Positions 17,830-26,722 of a stretch of DNA of 64,000 nucleotides are shown in pieces. This DNA comes from Lachnospiraceae bacterium. GTDB taxonomy: Bacteria; Bacillota; Clostridia; Lachnospirales; Lachnospiraceae. The notes under the pieces were generated by a model. It was not told the origin of the DNA. It did not search any database and worked only from the letters and a program-made list of their open reading frames with translations. Each line of letters opens with the position of its first letter. Within the stretch, counting starts at the first letter, position 1. A program made the position numbers and the translations under genes. Where the stretch lies: assembly GCA_017527205.1 (NCBI GenBank), contig JAFXQK010000005.1, positions 1,180 through 65,179 on the forward strand, in the 5' to 3' direction.

Positions 17830-18303
17830 ATGAGTAAGGACAAGGGATTTTTTGCAGAGTTTAAGAAGTTTGTTTTGCGTGGAAACGTAATGGACATGGC
17901 AGTCGGCGTCATCATCGGCGGCGCATTCACGGCAATTGTTACGTCGCTGAATAATGACCTGCTTTCTCCTATTTTAGGTTTGTTTGGCGGCACGGATTTC
18001 AGCAACCTGTTTATCCTGTTGTCTAAGACGGATCAGACCTTTGCCTCCGTTGCAGAAGCAAGGGAGGCCGGCGCAGCCGTATTTGCATATGGTAGCTTTA
18101 TCACCGCAGTGATCAATTTCCTGATTACCGCTCTTGTGATCTTTATTCTTGTTAAGGCAGTAAACAAGGCCATGAGCATTGGCAAGAAGCCTGAGGCACC
18201 AAAGGCTCCCACGACCAAGAAGTGTCCTTTTTGTAAGTCGGAGATCGCCATTGATGCAACCAGATGTCCTCATTGCACCTCCATTCTTGAGGAGAACAAG
18301 TAA
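17830..18303 (+). CDS. mscL: Large-conductance mechanosensitive channel with C-terminal zinc-ribbon-like tail
   Basis: [37 protein letters not shown]; tail CPFCKSEI...RCPHCTS. Confidence 0.95.
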   Translation: MSKDKGFFAEFKKFVLRGNVMDMAVGVIIGGAFTAIVTSLNNDLLSPILGLFGGTDFSNLFILLSKTDQTFASVAEAREAGAAVFAYGSFITAVINFLITALVIFILVKAVNKAMSIGKKPEAPKAPTTKKCPFCKSEIAIDATRCPHCTSILEENK

Positions 18304-18364
18304 GGAATCTGCAACTAGACTTAAGAGGCAGGCACAGCTTGCCGTGAAAGGTACGGAACAAGGC

Positions 18365-19459
18365 ATGCGCGGATGGAAGAGAAAAGGCATCTGCCTCGCC
18401 CTGGCGCTGATGATGACCGTGTTTGCCTCCGGATGTGGCGGCAAGACGGAAAAGATCAAAGAGGCCATGGATCTCATTGAGAGCATGGATTACCAAGGAG
18501 CGCTGGATACGTTTGAGGAGGCCGCCGAACAAAATGAAAATGCGAGGCTGATCGCCCGGGGCATGGGAATTGCCTATTTGGGGCAGGCGAAGTTCGATGA
18601 GGCAATCGAGTGCTTTCTAAAGGCATTGGCAGGGAGCAATGGTCTCTTGCAGGACATGGATTATGACCTGAATTACTATCTGGCGTCGGCCTATGAGGGC
18701 GCAGGAAGGTATCAGGAGGCCAAGGAGGTTTACAACTCCATTCTGGCCCTGAAGCCTCAGGAGAAGGAAGCCTACTACTTGCGCGGCGGCGTGGAGCTTC
18801 AGCTGGATCAGTTTAATGAAGCAAAGGCAGACTTCGACAAGACTGTGGCCATGGATCCGAAAAATTACGACAGACTGTTTACCATTTACGAGAAGTTTTC
18901 CCGTTTTGGCTACAAGGCAGCGGGGCAGGAGTACCTGCAGACCGCGCTGGACAACGGTGCGAAGACGCTGAGTTCCTTTGACAAGGGCCGGATTTACTAT
19001 TTCATGGAGAATTACCAGCAGGCATACGTGGAGCTCGAGGATGCAAAGTCTGACGATAAGGCGGAGAGTAGCCTCTATCTCGGCAAGGCATATGAAGCAA
19101 CGGGGGATTATAACTACGCATGTAACGTATACCGCTCTTATTTGGATAAGCATGGTGACAGCGCGGAGATGTATAATCAGCTTGGCATCTGCGAGATGAA
19201 GCGCGGCAATTATGAGATGGCGCTTGCGGCCTTTCGGTCAGGGCTTGACCTGGAAGACAAGGAGATGCAACAGGTTCTTTCCTATAATGAGATTGTGGCG
19301 TATGAATTCCTTGGGAATTTCCAGAAGGCGGCGGAGCGTATGAAGACCTATGTTAAGCTCTATCCAACGGATGAGGATGCCCTGAGGGAGGAAATCTTTC
19401 TTTCAACAAGGGATGGATCTTTCGCGACGGATTCGGCCGGGCAGGAAGAAGCGAACTAA
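18365..19459 (+). CDS. Tetratricopeptide repeat lipoprotein
   Basis: Lipobox FASGC; repeated TPR helices (YYLASAY...A...Y, AYYLRG...A..DFDKTV). Confidence 0.85.
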   Translation: MRGWKRKGICLALALMMTVFASGCGGKTEKIKEAMDLIESMDYQGALDTFEEAAEQNENARLIARGMGIAYLGQAKFDEAIECFLKALAGSNGLLQDMDYDLNYYLASAYEGAGRYQEAKEVYNSILALKPQEKEAYYLRGGVELQLDQFNEAKADFDKTVAMDPKNYDRLFTIYEKFSRFGYKAAGQEYLQTALDNGAKTLSSFDKGRIYYFMENYQQAYVELEDAKSDDKAESSLYLGKAYEATGDYNYACNVYRSYLDKHGDSAEMYNQLGICEMKRGNYEMALAAFRSGLDLEDKEMQQVLSYNEIVAYEFLGNFQKAAERMKTYVKLYPTDEDALREEIFLSTRDGSFATDSAGQEEAN

Positions 19460-19521
19460 TATCGGCTGAGCCATGGAAATAAGTCTGTTAGGAAAAAGGA
19501 CAATAGAATCATAGAAAATGG

Positions 19522-19555
19522 AAAACGGGCACCCGTATTTGGGTGTCCGTTTTTT
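19522..19555 (+). terminator. Intrinsic terminator
   Basis: AAAACGGGCACCC-GTATTT-GGGTGTCCGTTTTTT after the TPR gene. Confidence 0.75.
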
Positions 19556-19585
19556 GAATTGTCGGGTTTATTCAGACTATTAAAA

Positions 19586-19633
19586 ACACAATATGTTCGA
19601 TTTGCACAAAAATTTGTCCACAATATATAGTGG
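19586..19633. promoter_or_regulatory. Tandem NrdR boxes upstream of the ribonucleotide reductase gene
   Basis: CCACAATATATAGTGG (19618-19633) fits the 16-bp NrdR palindrome; a weaker ACACAATATGTTCGAT (19586-19601) lies 32 bp upstream; followed by TTGACA (19641) and TGaTAAAAT (19662-19670). Confidence 0.75.
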
Positions 19634-19753
19634 ATAGACATTGACATTCCCAAGCGATCAATGATAAAATGGTATTGCCTTTCGGGAAAATGTAGAAAAG
19701 AGGCATTTCCCGGGAAAATAACCAAAGAGTCAATCAATTGGAGGGGTTGTTAC

Positions 19754-22144
19754 ATGTTACAAATCGTTAAGAGGGATGGGACAAAAGCAGATTTTACGTT
19801 GTCAAAGATCAATGATGCAATTATGAAGGCATTCAACGCGACGGAGATGAGCTACAATAATGATATTGTAGATTTACTTGCGCTTCGCGTGACGGCGGAT
19901 TTCCAGTCAAAGATTAAGGATAATACCGTTCAGATCGAGGACGTGCAGGACAGCGTGGAGAAGGTTTTGGGCCAGGCTGGCTACGAGGAGGTTGCTAAGG
20001 CCTACATCCTGTACAGAAGACAGCGCGAGAAGATGCGTACCATGAAGTCTACCATTTTGGACTATAAGGACGTCGTAAACAGCTATGTTAAGGTAGAGGA
20101 CTGGCGCGTGAAGGAAAATTCCACCGTTACCTATTCCGTAGGTGGCCTGATTCTTTCCAATTCCGGCGCAGTTACTGCAAATTACTGGCTTTCTGAGATC
20201 TATGATGATGAGATCGCAGAGGCTCACCGCAATGCGGACATCCATATTCATGACCTTTCCATGTTAACCGGATATTGTGCAGGCTGGTCCTTAAAGCAGC
20301 TGATCAAGGAAGGGCTTGGCGGCATCACGGGAAAGATTTCCTCCGCACCCGCAAAGCATCTCTCCGTACTCTGCAACCAGATGGTAAACTTCCTTGGCAT
20401 CATGCAGAACGAGTGGGCAGGCGCACAGGCATTTTCTTCCTTTGATACCTATTTGGCACCCTTTGTCAAGGTGGACAACTTAAGCTATCCCGAAGTGAAA
20501 AAGTGCATCGAAGCATTTATTTATGGCGTAAATACTCCCAGCCGTTGGGGGACGCAGGCACCCTTCTCGAACATCACGCTCGACTGGACCGTGCCGGAAG
20601 ACCTTGCAGAGCTACCCGCAATCGTTGGTGGCAAGGAGATGAATTTTAAATACAAGGATTGTAAGAAGGAAATGGATATGGTGAACAAGGCGTTCATCGA
20701 GACCATGATCGAGGGAGATTCCCACGGCAGAGGCTTCCAGTATCCGATTCCGACCTACTCCATCACGAAGGATTTTGACTGGTCCGATACGGAGAACAAC
20801 CGTCTCTTATTCGAGATGACATCCAAGTACGGCACCCCTTATTTCTCCAACTACATCAACTCCGACATGGCACCCAGCGACGTTCGTTCCATGTGCTGCA
20901 GACTTCGCCTTGACCTTAGAGAGCTGCGCAAGAAGACCGGCGGCTTCTTTGGTTCCGGAGAGAGCACCGGAAGCGTTGGCGTCGTTACGATCAACATGCC
21001 GAGAATCGCTTATCTGGCTGCCAATAAGTCCGAGTTTTATGCAAGACTGGACCGCATGATGGACATTGCCGCAAGATCCTTAAAGATCAAGCGCGGCGTC
21101 ATCAGCAAGCTCCTTGACGAGGGTCTGTACCCTTACACCAAGAGATATCTTGGAAGCTTTGACAATCACTTCTCGACGATTGGCCTGATCGGCATGAACG
21201 AGGTTGGTCTGAATGCCAATTGGCTGCGCGCTGACATGAGCGATCCCAGAACGCAGGAATTTACCAAGGAAGTGCTGAATCACATGAGAAACCGCCTGTC
21301 CGATTATCAGGAGCAGTATGGTGACCTTTATAATCTTGAGGCAACGCCCGCAGAGAGCACGACCTATCGTCTGGCAAAGCATGACAAGAAGCGTTATCCC
21401 ATGATCAAAACGGCGGGACATGAGGGAGATACCCCTTATTACACCAATTCCTCCCATCTGCCCGTGGATTATACCGTGGACATCTTTGATGCCCTTGACA
21501 TTCAGGATGACCTGCAGACGCTGTATACCTCCGGAACCGTATTCCATGCATTCCTTGGAGAAAAGCTCCCTGACTGGAAGGCTGCGGCAAATTTGGTTCG
21601 CACGATCGCACAGAATTATAAGCTCCCTTACTACACTCTGTCCCCGACCTACTCCATCTGTAAGGAGCATGGCTATCTTGCGGGTGAGGTGAAGATTTGT
21701 CCTCACTGCGGAGCAAAGACCGAGGTTTACAGCCGTATTACCGGTTACTATCGTCCCGTACAGAACTGGAACGATGGTAAGCTTCAGGAGTATGCAAACA
21801 GAACCGAATATGATATTTCAAAGTCCGAGCTAAAGCGCCCCGTGAGCAGCGTGGTTACTTTGTCAGGTTTTGATCAGGACGTGGAAGTGAACGTGGAGAA
21901 GCCCGAGGGCGTAAGATATCTGTTTACCACAAAGACCTGTCCGAACTGCGTATTGGCGAAGAGCTACTTGGAAGGAATTCCTTATGTCGTGATCGATGCC
22001 ATGGAGAACGTGGAGCTGGCAAATCGCTATGGAATTATGCAGGCGCCGACGCTGGTTGAGGTAAATGGAGATAACTTTACCAAGTATGTTGGAGCACCCA
22101 AGATTCAAAAATATGCGGAGCAGGTAAAGGTTTCCTGCGTATAA
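19754..22144 (+). CDS. nrdD: Class III (anaerobic) ribonucleoside-triphosphate reductase with N-terminal ATP cone and C-terminal glutaredoxin-like domain
   Basis: IVKRDG ATP cone, IHIHDL, SMCCRL, LEATPAESTTYRLA, C-terminal CPHCG...YSRITGYYRPV glycyl-radical loop, then TCPNC...YGIMQAPTL. Confidence 0.92.
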   Translation: MLQIVKRDGTKADFTLSKINDAIMKAFNATEMSYNNDIVDLLALRVTADFQSKIKDNTVQIEDVQDSVEKVLGQAGYEEVAKAYILYRRQREKMRTMKSTILDYKDVVNSYVKVEDWRVKENSTVTYSVGGLILSNSGAVTANYWLSEIYDDEIAEAHRNADIHIHDLSMLTGYCAGWSLKQLIKEGLGGITGKISSAPAKHLSVLCNQMVNFLGIMQNEWAGAQAFSSFDTYLAPFVKVDNLSYPEVKKCIEAFIYGVNTPSRWGTQAPFSNITLDWTVPEDLAELPAIVGGKEMNFKYKDCKKEMDMVNKAFIETMIEGDSHGRGFQYPIPTYSITKDFDWSDTENNRLLFEMTSKYGTPYFSNYINSDMAPSDVRSMCCRLRLDLRELRKKTGGFFGSGESTGSVGVVTINMPRIAYLAANKSEFYARLDRMMDIAARSLKIKRGVISKLLDEGLYPYTKRYLGSFDNHFSTIGLIGMNEVGLNANWLRADMSDPRTQEFTKEVLNHMRNRLSDYQEQYGDLYNLEATPAESTTYRLAKHDKKRYPMIKTAGHEGDTPYYTNSSHLPVDYTVDIFDALDIQDDLQTLYTSGTVFHAFLGEKLPDWKAAANLVRTIAQNYKLPYYTLSPTYSICKEHGYLAGEVKICPHCGAKTEVYSRITGYYRPVQNWNDGKLQEYANRTEYDISKSELKRPVSSVVTLSGFDQDVEVNVEKPEGVRYLFTTKTCPNCVLAKSYLEGIPYVVIDAMENVELANRYGIMQAPTLVEVNGDNFTKYVGAPKIQKYAEQVKVSCV

Positions 22145-22212
22145 ACAGGCGGGAGAAGGAAGTATCACAAGCGAAGGCCATGGCTCAAAAGGCTCTCGAA
22201 AGAAATGACAAG

Positions 22213-22253
22213 GTCCCTTGCGGCGCGAAGGTCGCCTGCAAGGGATCTTTTTG
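22213..22253 (+). terminator. Intrinsic terminator
   Basis: GGTCCCTTGCGGCG...CGCCTGCAAGGGATCTTTTT after nrdD. Confidence 0.7.
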
Positions 22254-22458
22254 ATTGTAAAAACAGTTTTGAGCAGTTGAAAAAGTGCTTTGATAAGAAG
22301 CTGAAAGGGTGCGTTGAAAAGGCGTTCGTCATCATGGCGAATTTGTGGTTGAAAGAAAAGAGTTTTCAGATTATAATTTAAATAGTGGCTGCAAGGGAAG
22401 GCTTAAAAAGAAAGGCTCTGGAAGAAAGGCCTCGGCTGAGGAAAGGTTATGGTAACAT

Positions 22459-23175
22459 ATGCTTCGGTATTATTATGTGATTCTGATTTCCATACCACTG
22501 ATTATTTATTATGTTGTTAAAATAAGACTCATGATGAAGCACCCTGAGGACTATAGTGAGAAGTATCGCTACGGCGTTGCGCGAAACATGGTGAAGTATA
22601 CAATGCGGAATGCGCGGATCGTAACGAAATGCTTTGGCGCGGAGAATCTGCCGAAGGAGGGCGGGTATCTGATGTATCCGAACCACCAGGGGAAGTTTGA
22701 TGCTCTTGGCATTGTCAACGGACATGAGGAGCCTTGTTCCATTGTCATGGATCTGAAGCGTTCCAGGATGATTTTGACAAATGAATTTATCGATGTGCTG
22801 GACGGCATTCGGATCAACAGGGAAAATCTGCGGGAACAGCTAAAGAGCATTCGACAAATGGCAGAGGAAGTCAAAAAGGGCAGACGCTTTATCATCTTCC
22901 CGGAGGGTGGCTACAACCATAACGGGAATCAATTGCAGGAGTTTTTGCCGGGAGCCTTTAAGGCGGCGCATTGGTCGAAGGTGCCCATCGTGCCGGTGGC
23001 CGTGGTGGATTCCTATAAGGCCTTTGATTTTAACAGCTTAAGGCGGGTGACCGCGCGAATTTATTTCCTTAAACCGATCTACTATGAGGAATATAAGGAT
23101 ATGAGCACGAAGGAGCTTGCAGAGTGCGTGAAGGAGCGCATTCGGGAAGCCATCCGGGTGGCTGTTGCGGGTTGA
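22459..23175 (+). CDS. plsC: 1-acyl-sn-glycerol-3-phosphate acyltransferase
   Basis: NHQGKFD (HX4D), IFPEG, PIVPV motifs. Confidence 0.88.
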   Translation: MLRYYYVILISIPLIIYYVVKIRLMMKHPEDYSEKYRYGVARNMVKYTMRNARIVTKCFGAENLPKEGGYLMYPNHQGKFDALGIVNGHEEPCSIVMDLKRSRMILTNEFIDVLDGIRINRENLREQLKSIRQMAEEVKKGRRFIIFPEGGYNHNGNQLQEFLPGAFKAAHWSKVPIVPVAVVDSYKAFDFNSLRRVTARIYFLKPIYYEEYKDMSTKELAECVKERIREAIRVAVAG

Positions 23176-23262
23176 CGTTTTTTAAGCCGCGAGCCTGAAC
23201 AAGATATTATGAAGCGATAGAAATTTATGTAGAAATCAAAAAAAGCTTAGGAGACAAAGAAC

Positions 23263-24192
23263 ATGATTAACAAACTGATTGAGAAAATTCAAAAGACCCA
23301 GGCACCCATCGTAGTAGGACTTGACCCGATGATGAAGTACGTGCCTTCCCAGATTCAGAAGGCGGCATTCGCTGAGTTTGGCGAAACCTTAGAGGGCGCT
23401 GCCGAGGCCATTTGGCAGTATAACAAGGGCATTGTGGATGCCATTTACGATTTGGTTCCGGCCGTAAAGCCCCAGGTTGCAATGTATGAGCAGTTTGGCA
23501 TTCCGGGACTCGTGGCGTTTAAGAAGACCGTGGACTATTGTAAGGAGAAGGGCCTTGTCGTGATCGGCGACATCAAGCGCGGTGACATCGGTTCCACCTC
23601 TGAGGCCTATGCGGTTGGACATCTTGGCAAGGTAAGCGTTGGGGCAAATTCCTTCTATGGATTTGATGAGGATTTTGTCACCGTGAACCCGTATCTTGGA
23701 AGCGACGGCGTAAAGCCCTTCATCAAGGTATGTAAGGAAGAAAAGAAGGGCATTTTCGTATTGGTAAAGACCTCGAATCCCTCCAGCGGAGAGTTCCAGG
23801 ATCGCCTGATCGACGGAAAGCCTCTCTATGAGCTCGTTGGAGAGCAGGTGCGTGCATGGGGCGAGGAGTGCATGGGTGATTCCTATTCTTACGTCGGTGC
23901 CGTGGTAGGCGCAACCTATCCCGAGCAGGGCAAGCTCCTTCGCAAAGTGATGCCGAAGACCTTCATCCTTGTACCCGGCTATGGAGCACAGGGCGGAAAG
24001 GGTGCAGACCTCGTTCACTTCTTTAATGAGGACGGTCTCGGCGCCATCATCAATTCCTCCCGTGGCATCATCGCAGCCTTCCAGCAGGAGAAGTACGCGA
24101 AGTATGGCGAGGCAAATTATGCAGACGCTTCCAGGGCAGCAGTCCTTGACATGAAGGAGGACATCGCGGGAGCACTGGCAGCGAGAGCTTAG
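23263..24192 (+). CDS. pyrF: Orotidine-5'-phosphate decarboxylase
   Basis: VVGLDP, AVKPQVAMYE, GDIKRGDIGST, LVKTSNPSS, GAVVGATYP, LVPGYGAQGG, NSSRGII. Confidence 0.95.
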   Translation: MINKLIEKIQKTQAPIVVGLDPMMKYVPSQIQKAAFAEFGETLEGAAEAIWQYNKGIVDAIYDLVPAVKPQVAMYEQFGIPGLVAFKKTVDYCKEKGLVVIGDIKRGDIGSTSEAYAVGHLGKVSVGANSFYGFDEDFVTVNPYLGSDGVKPFIKVCKEEKKGIFVLVKTSNPSSGEFQDRLIDGKPLYELVGEQVRAWGEECMGDSYSYVGAVVGATYPEQGKLLRKVMPKTFILVPGYGAQGGKGADLVHFFNEDGLGAIINSSRGIIAAFQQEKYAKYGEANYADASRAAVLDMKEDIAGALAARA

Positions 24193-24304
24193 TAATGGCC
24201 TGACAAGGGTCTGGACAGGATGTGCGACGTGCCAAGTCATTGTTTGCCGAATATGAGAAGCGACTAGATAAGAGTGTTTTTGAATATAAAAATTTGTGTT
24301 CGAT

Positions 24305-24340
24305 AAAAAATCCCTGGACAATAAGGCCTGGGATTTTTTT
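24305..24340 (+). terminator. Intrinsic terminator after pyrF
   Basis: AAAAAATCCCTGG...CCTGGGATTTTTTT. Confidence 0.65.
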
Positions 24341-24352
24341 AATGATTTAATC

Positions 24353-24382
24353 TTGACATATCATATTATACAAGTGTATAAT
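24353..24382 (+). promoter_or_regulatory. sigmaA promoter overlapped by a BlaI/MecI/CopY-type operator
   Basis: TTGACA (24353-24358), 18 bp, TATAAT (24377-24382); palindrome ATTATACA-AG-TGTATAAT (24365-24382) contains TACAnnTGTA. Confidence 0.8.
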
Positions 24383-24459
24383 GATACATGAAAGAATAAT
24401 ATTATATTACAATATAATATTATGTAGAGATGATTCTATTGGAGGTGAATGTTCGGACC

Positions 24460-24840
24460 ATGAAAAAGCTGGGAGATGCAGAATTGGAGATAATGCAGGT
24501 ACTTTGGAAAGCGGAAGTTCCCGTGACTTCGACATACATTCTTGAGAAAATGAATGGAAAGAGACATTGGGCTCTTTCAACATTGATGACAATACTTGCA
24601 AGGTTATGTGAAAAGAATTGTGTAATTTGTGACAGATCAACAAGAACAAATTATTATACTGCACTTATGAATGAAGAAGCGTATAAGAAGCAGGAAAGTT
24701 CGGATATATTGGGTAAACTTTTTAATAATTCGATTTATGACCTTGTTGTATCTTTATATCACGGAAATGCCATTAGTAAGGAAGACTTAGCAAGTTTACG
24801 GAAAATGATTGATGAATTGGAAGAGGACCGTGAAAAATGA
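24460..24840 (+). CDS. BlaI/MecI/CopY family transcriptional repressor
   Basis: LGDAELEIMQVLW, WALSTLMTILARL, LVVSLY...ISKEDLASLRKMI. Confidence 0.92.
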   Translation: MKKLGDAELEIMQVLWKAEVPVTSTYILEKMNGKRHWALSTLMTILARLCEKNCVICDRSTRTNYYTALMNEEAYKKQESSDILGKLFNNSIYDLVVSLYHGNAISKEDLASLRKMIDELEEDREK

Positions 24841-26318
24841 TCTGTTCGTTTTTCGTTTGTTATTTTATATGCTCAGTTGAAGCAAGTGCAATTCTGTGTG
24901 CATGGCTGATATTTAGAAAAAAGTTTTGGAATCGATATCAAGGCCAAGGCCGTCTTTTTTTCTGGATTTTGCTTGCTGCCTTCTTGAGTTTTCCAATAGG
25001 TATTATTTCTGCTCGTACAAAGGAAGATTCAGTGCTGTATCAACAGTCAAGATTGTTGACTAATAGTTCTGAAGAAATTATAGGCGGAGAAAGCTTTGTT
25101 ACTGTGAGTTCGCCTGTAGCATCAGAAACTGGGGTCCACAAACCGGCCTTGCCGAATCTAGTTCAACTGCTTGAAATCGTTTCTTACATTTGGATTTTAG
25201 GCGTTTTCGCATCCCTTATATTTGAGGGGATTGGATGTTTTTTCTTTCGAAGGAAGATAAGACGCTGGGGAAAGATGGCAGATTCCGATGTGATAAAGAA
25301 TGTTATGAATAAGGTTAGTCATGATGAGAATGTTGGTAGGGTGCTGAATGTCCTTATTCTTAAAGACTTGCCAAGTCCATGTTTGGCTGGTTTACTCCGT
25401 CCTTTTGTTTTGTTGCCGCGAGAAAACTATTCAACTGAGGAGGCAAGACTTATTATAAAGCATGAGCTTACCCATTATCGTAAAAAACATCTGTGGATCA
25501 AGACATTATTTCTGTTGGCTAGATCATTACATTGGTTCAATCCGTTAATATACTGGACATGGCAGTATGCAGATGCTGATATGGAAAACTGTTGCGATGA
25601 AATCATGTTAGCCGGAGAAAGCATGCATTCTCGAAAAAAATATATGGAAACGCTTCTTGGCACAATTGAAGGTCATAAAGTATCAAATTATATAATCACA
25701 TATACAAGAAAAAACCTGATAAAAGAGCGTTTTGCACATATTCAGAATTTTGATCATAAGAGAAGATGCAGTTCGCTGATATGCATGATGGTTGTAATGA
25801 TCGTTTTGGGAAACATTCTTGTAGGATGTGGTGTCAACAAAATGGAAAAGAGTAGGGAGAGACAGATTGTTACACAGTTGAGCAGTTTTATAAATGATTT
25901 TAATGGTACAATTGCGGAAGAAGCAAGTATTAATTTGGAGCAGTATATATCTAACTCAAATCTGAAAAGGTTTTCGGAAAGGATGATTGAGTATGAGAAA
26001 AAGCAAGAGGCTGAAAATTTGAATGCCATAAACTATGGTGCTAATAATATATTCAAGAATGCAACATGCTCAAAGCTGAGCGGAGATGTCTATTATGTGA
26101 CTTTACAGTTTGAATATGATGGATCAGGTATGAAAGGACAATTCCTTGTGGAACTTAAGCGAGGGAAGGTTGATATTCTGGACTTCTATTTTGGAATGCC
26201 AGACGGGTTTGACACGATCACGACAGGACATTTGGCAGAAAGAAAACTCGAAAATCCGGATCTCTGGAATGATAATAAATGGGTTGCATCGGTGTTTGAA
26301 AAAATGCCGAAAGATTAA
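24837..26318 (+). CDS. M56 family metallopeptidase (BlaR1-like signal transducer) without a recognisable penicillin-binding domain
   Basis: SPCLAGLLRPFVLLP, IIKHELTHYR, LHWFNPL, ENCCDE; C-terminal extracellular region after GNILVGCG. Confidence 0.9.
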   Translation: MICSFFVCYFICSVEASAILCAWLIFRKKFWNRYQGQGRLFFWILLAAFLSFPIGIISARTKEDSVLYQQSRLLTNSSEEIIGGESFVTVSSPVASETGVHKPALPNLVQLLEIVSYIWILGVFASLIFEGIGCFFFRRKIRRWGKMADSDVIKNVMNKVSHDENVGRVLNVLILKDLPSPCLAGLLRPFVLLPRENYSTEEARLIIKHELTHYRKKHLWIKTLFLLARSLHWFNPLIYWTWQYADADMENCCDEIMLAGESMHSRKKYMETLLGTIEGHKVSNYIITYTRKNLIKERFAHIQNFDHKRRCSSLICMMVVMIVLGNILVGCGVNKMEKSRERQIVTQLSSFINDFNGTIAEEASINLEQYISNSNLKRFSERMIEYEKKQEAENLNAINYGANNIFKNATCSKLSGDVYYVTLQFEYDGSGMKGQFLVELKRGKVDILDFYFGMPDGFDTITTGHLAERKLENPDLWNDNKWVASVFEKMPKD

Positions 26319-26346
26319 ACTGTAGTTATGGAAGGAGGATAAACCA

Positions 26347-26690
26347 ATGGAGAAGATTTGTTCTTCATGCCAGGCCTTTTTGGGAAGCGGAGAAACTTTT
26401 TATTGTACAGAAATTCACACAAACTGCGGAAAGTATCACAAAGATTGTACAGCTTTATATCAATAACATGATGCCAGGGGCAAAAGGTATAAAATCAGGC
26501 CAGGCTAGTATGATCGAGATTTATATCTTGGACTCCGCCTAAACATGAGAAAGTAGCAAAATACTTGGTTTTCAAGAATTTCAGCAGATTCCGAATGTTT
26601 GTGGGATTACGAGAGTTACAAAAAGGTGGAGCTATCCGTAGCATTGGTTGGGGCCAAAATGCCTTTTGACCCCAACATCATAACATTATA
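26347..26690 (+). pseudogene. Decayed Cys-rich ORF with three in-frame stops
   Basis: Strong RBS GGAAGGAGG; MEKICSSCQAFLGSGETFYCTEIHTNCGKYHKDCTALYQ(TAA)HDARG...RPG(TAG)YDRD...MRK(TAG)QNTW...ECLWDY...ITL*. Confidence 0.35.
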
Positions 26691-26722
26691 AAAGGTTTTT
26701 AAGGACAATTAGGGGATATATA

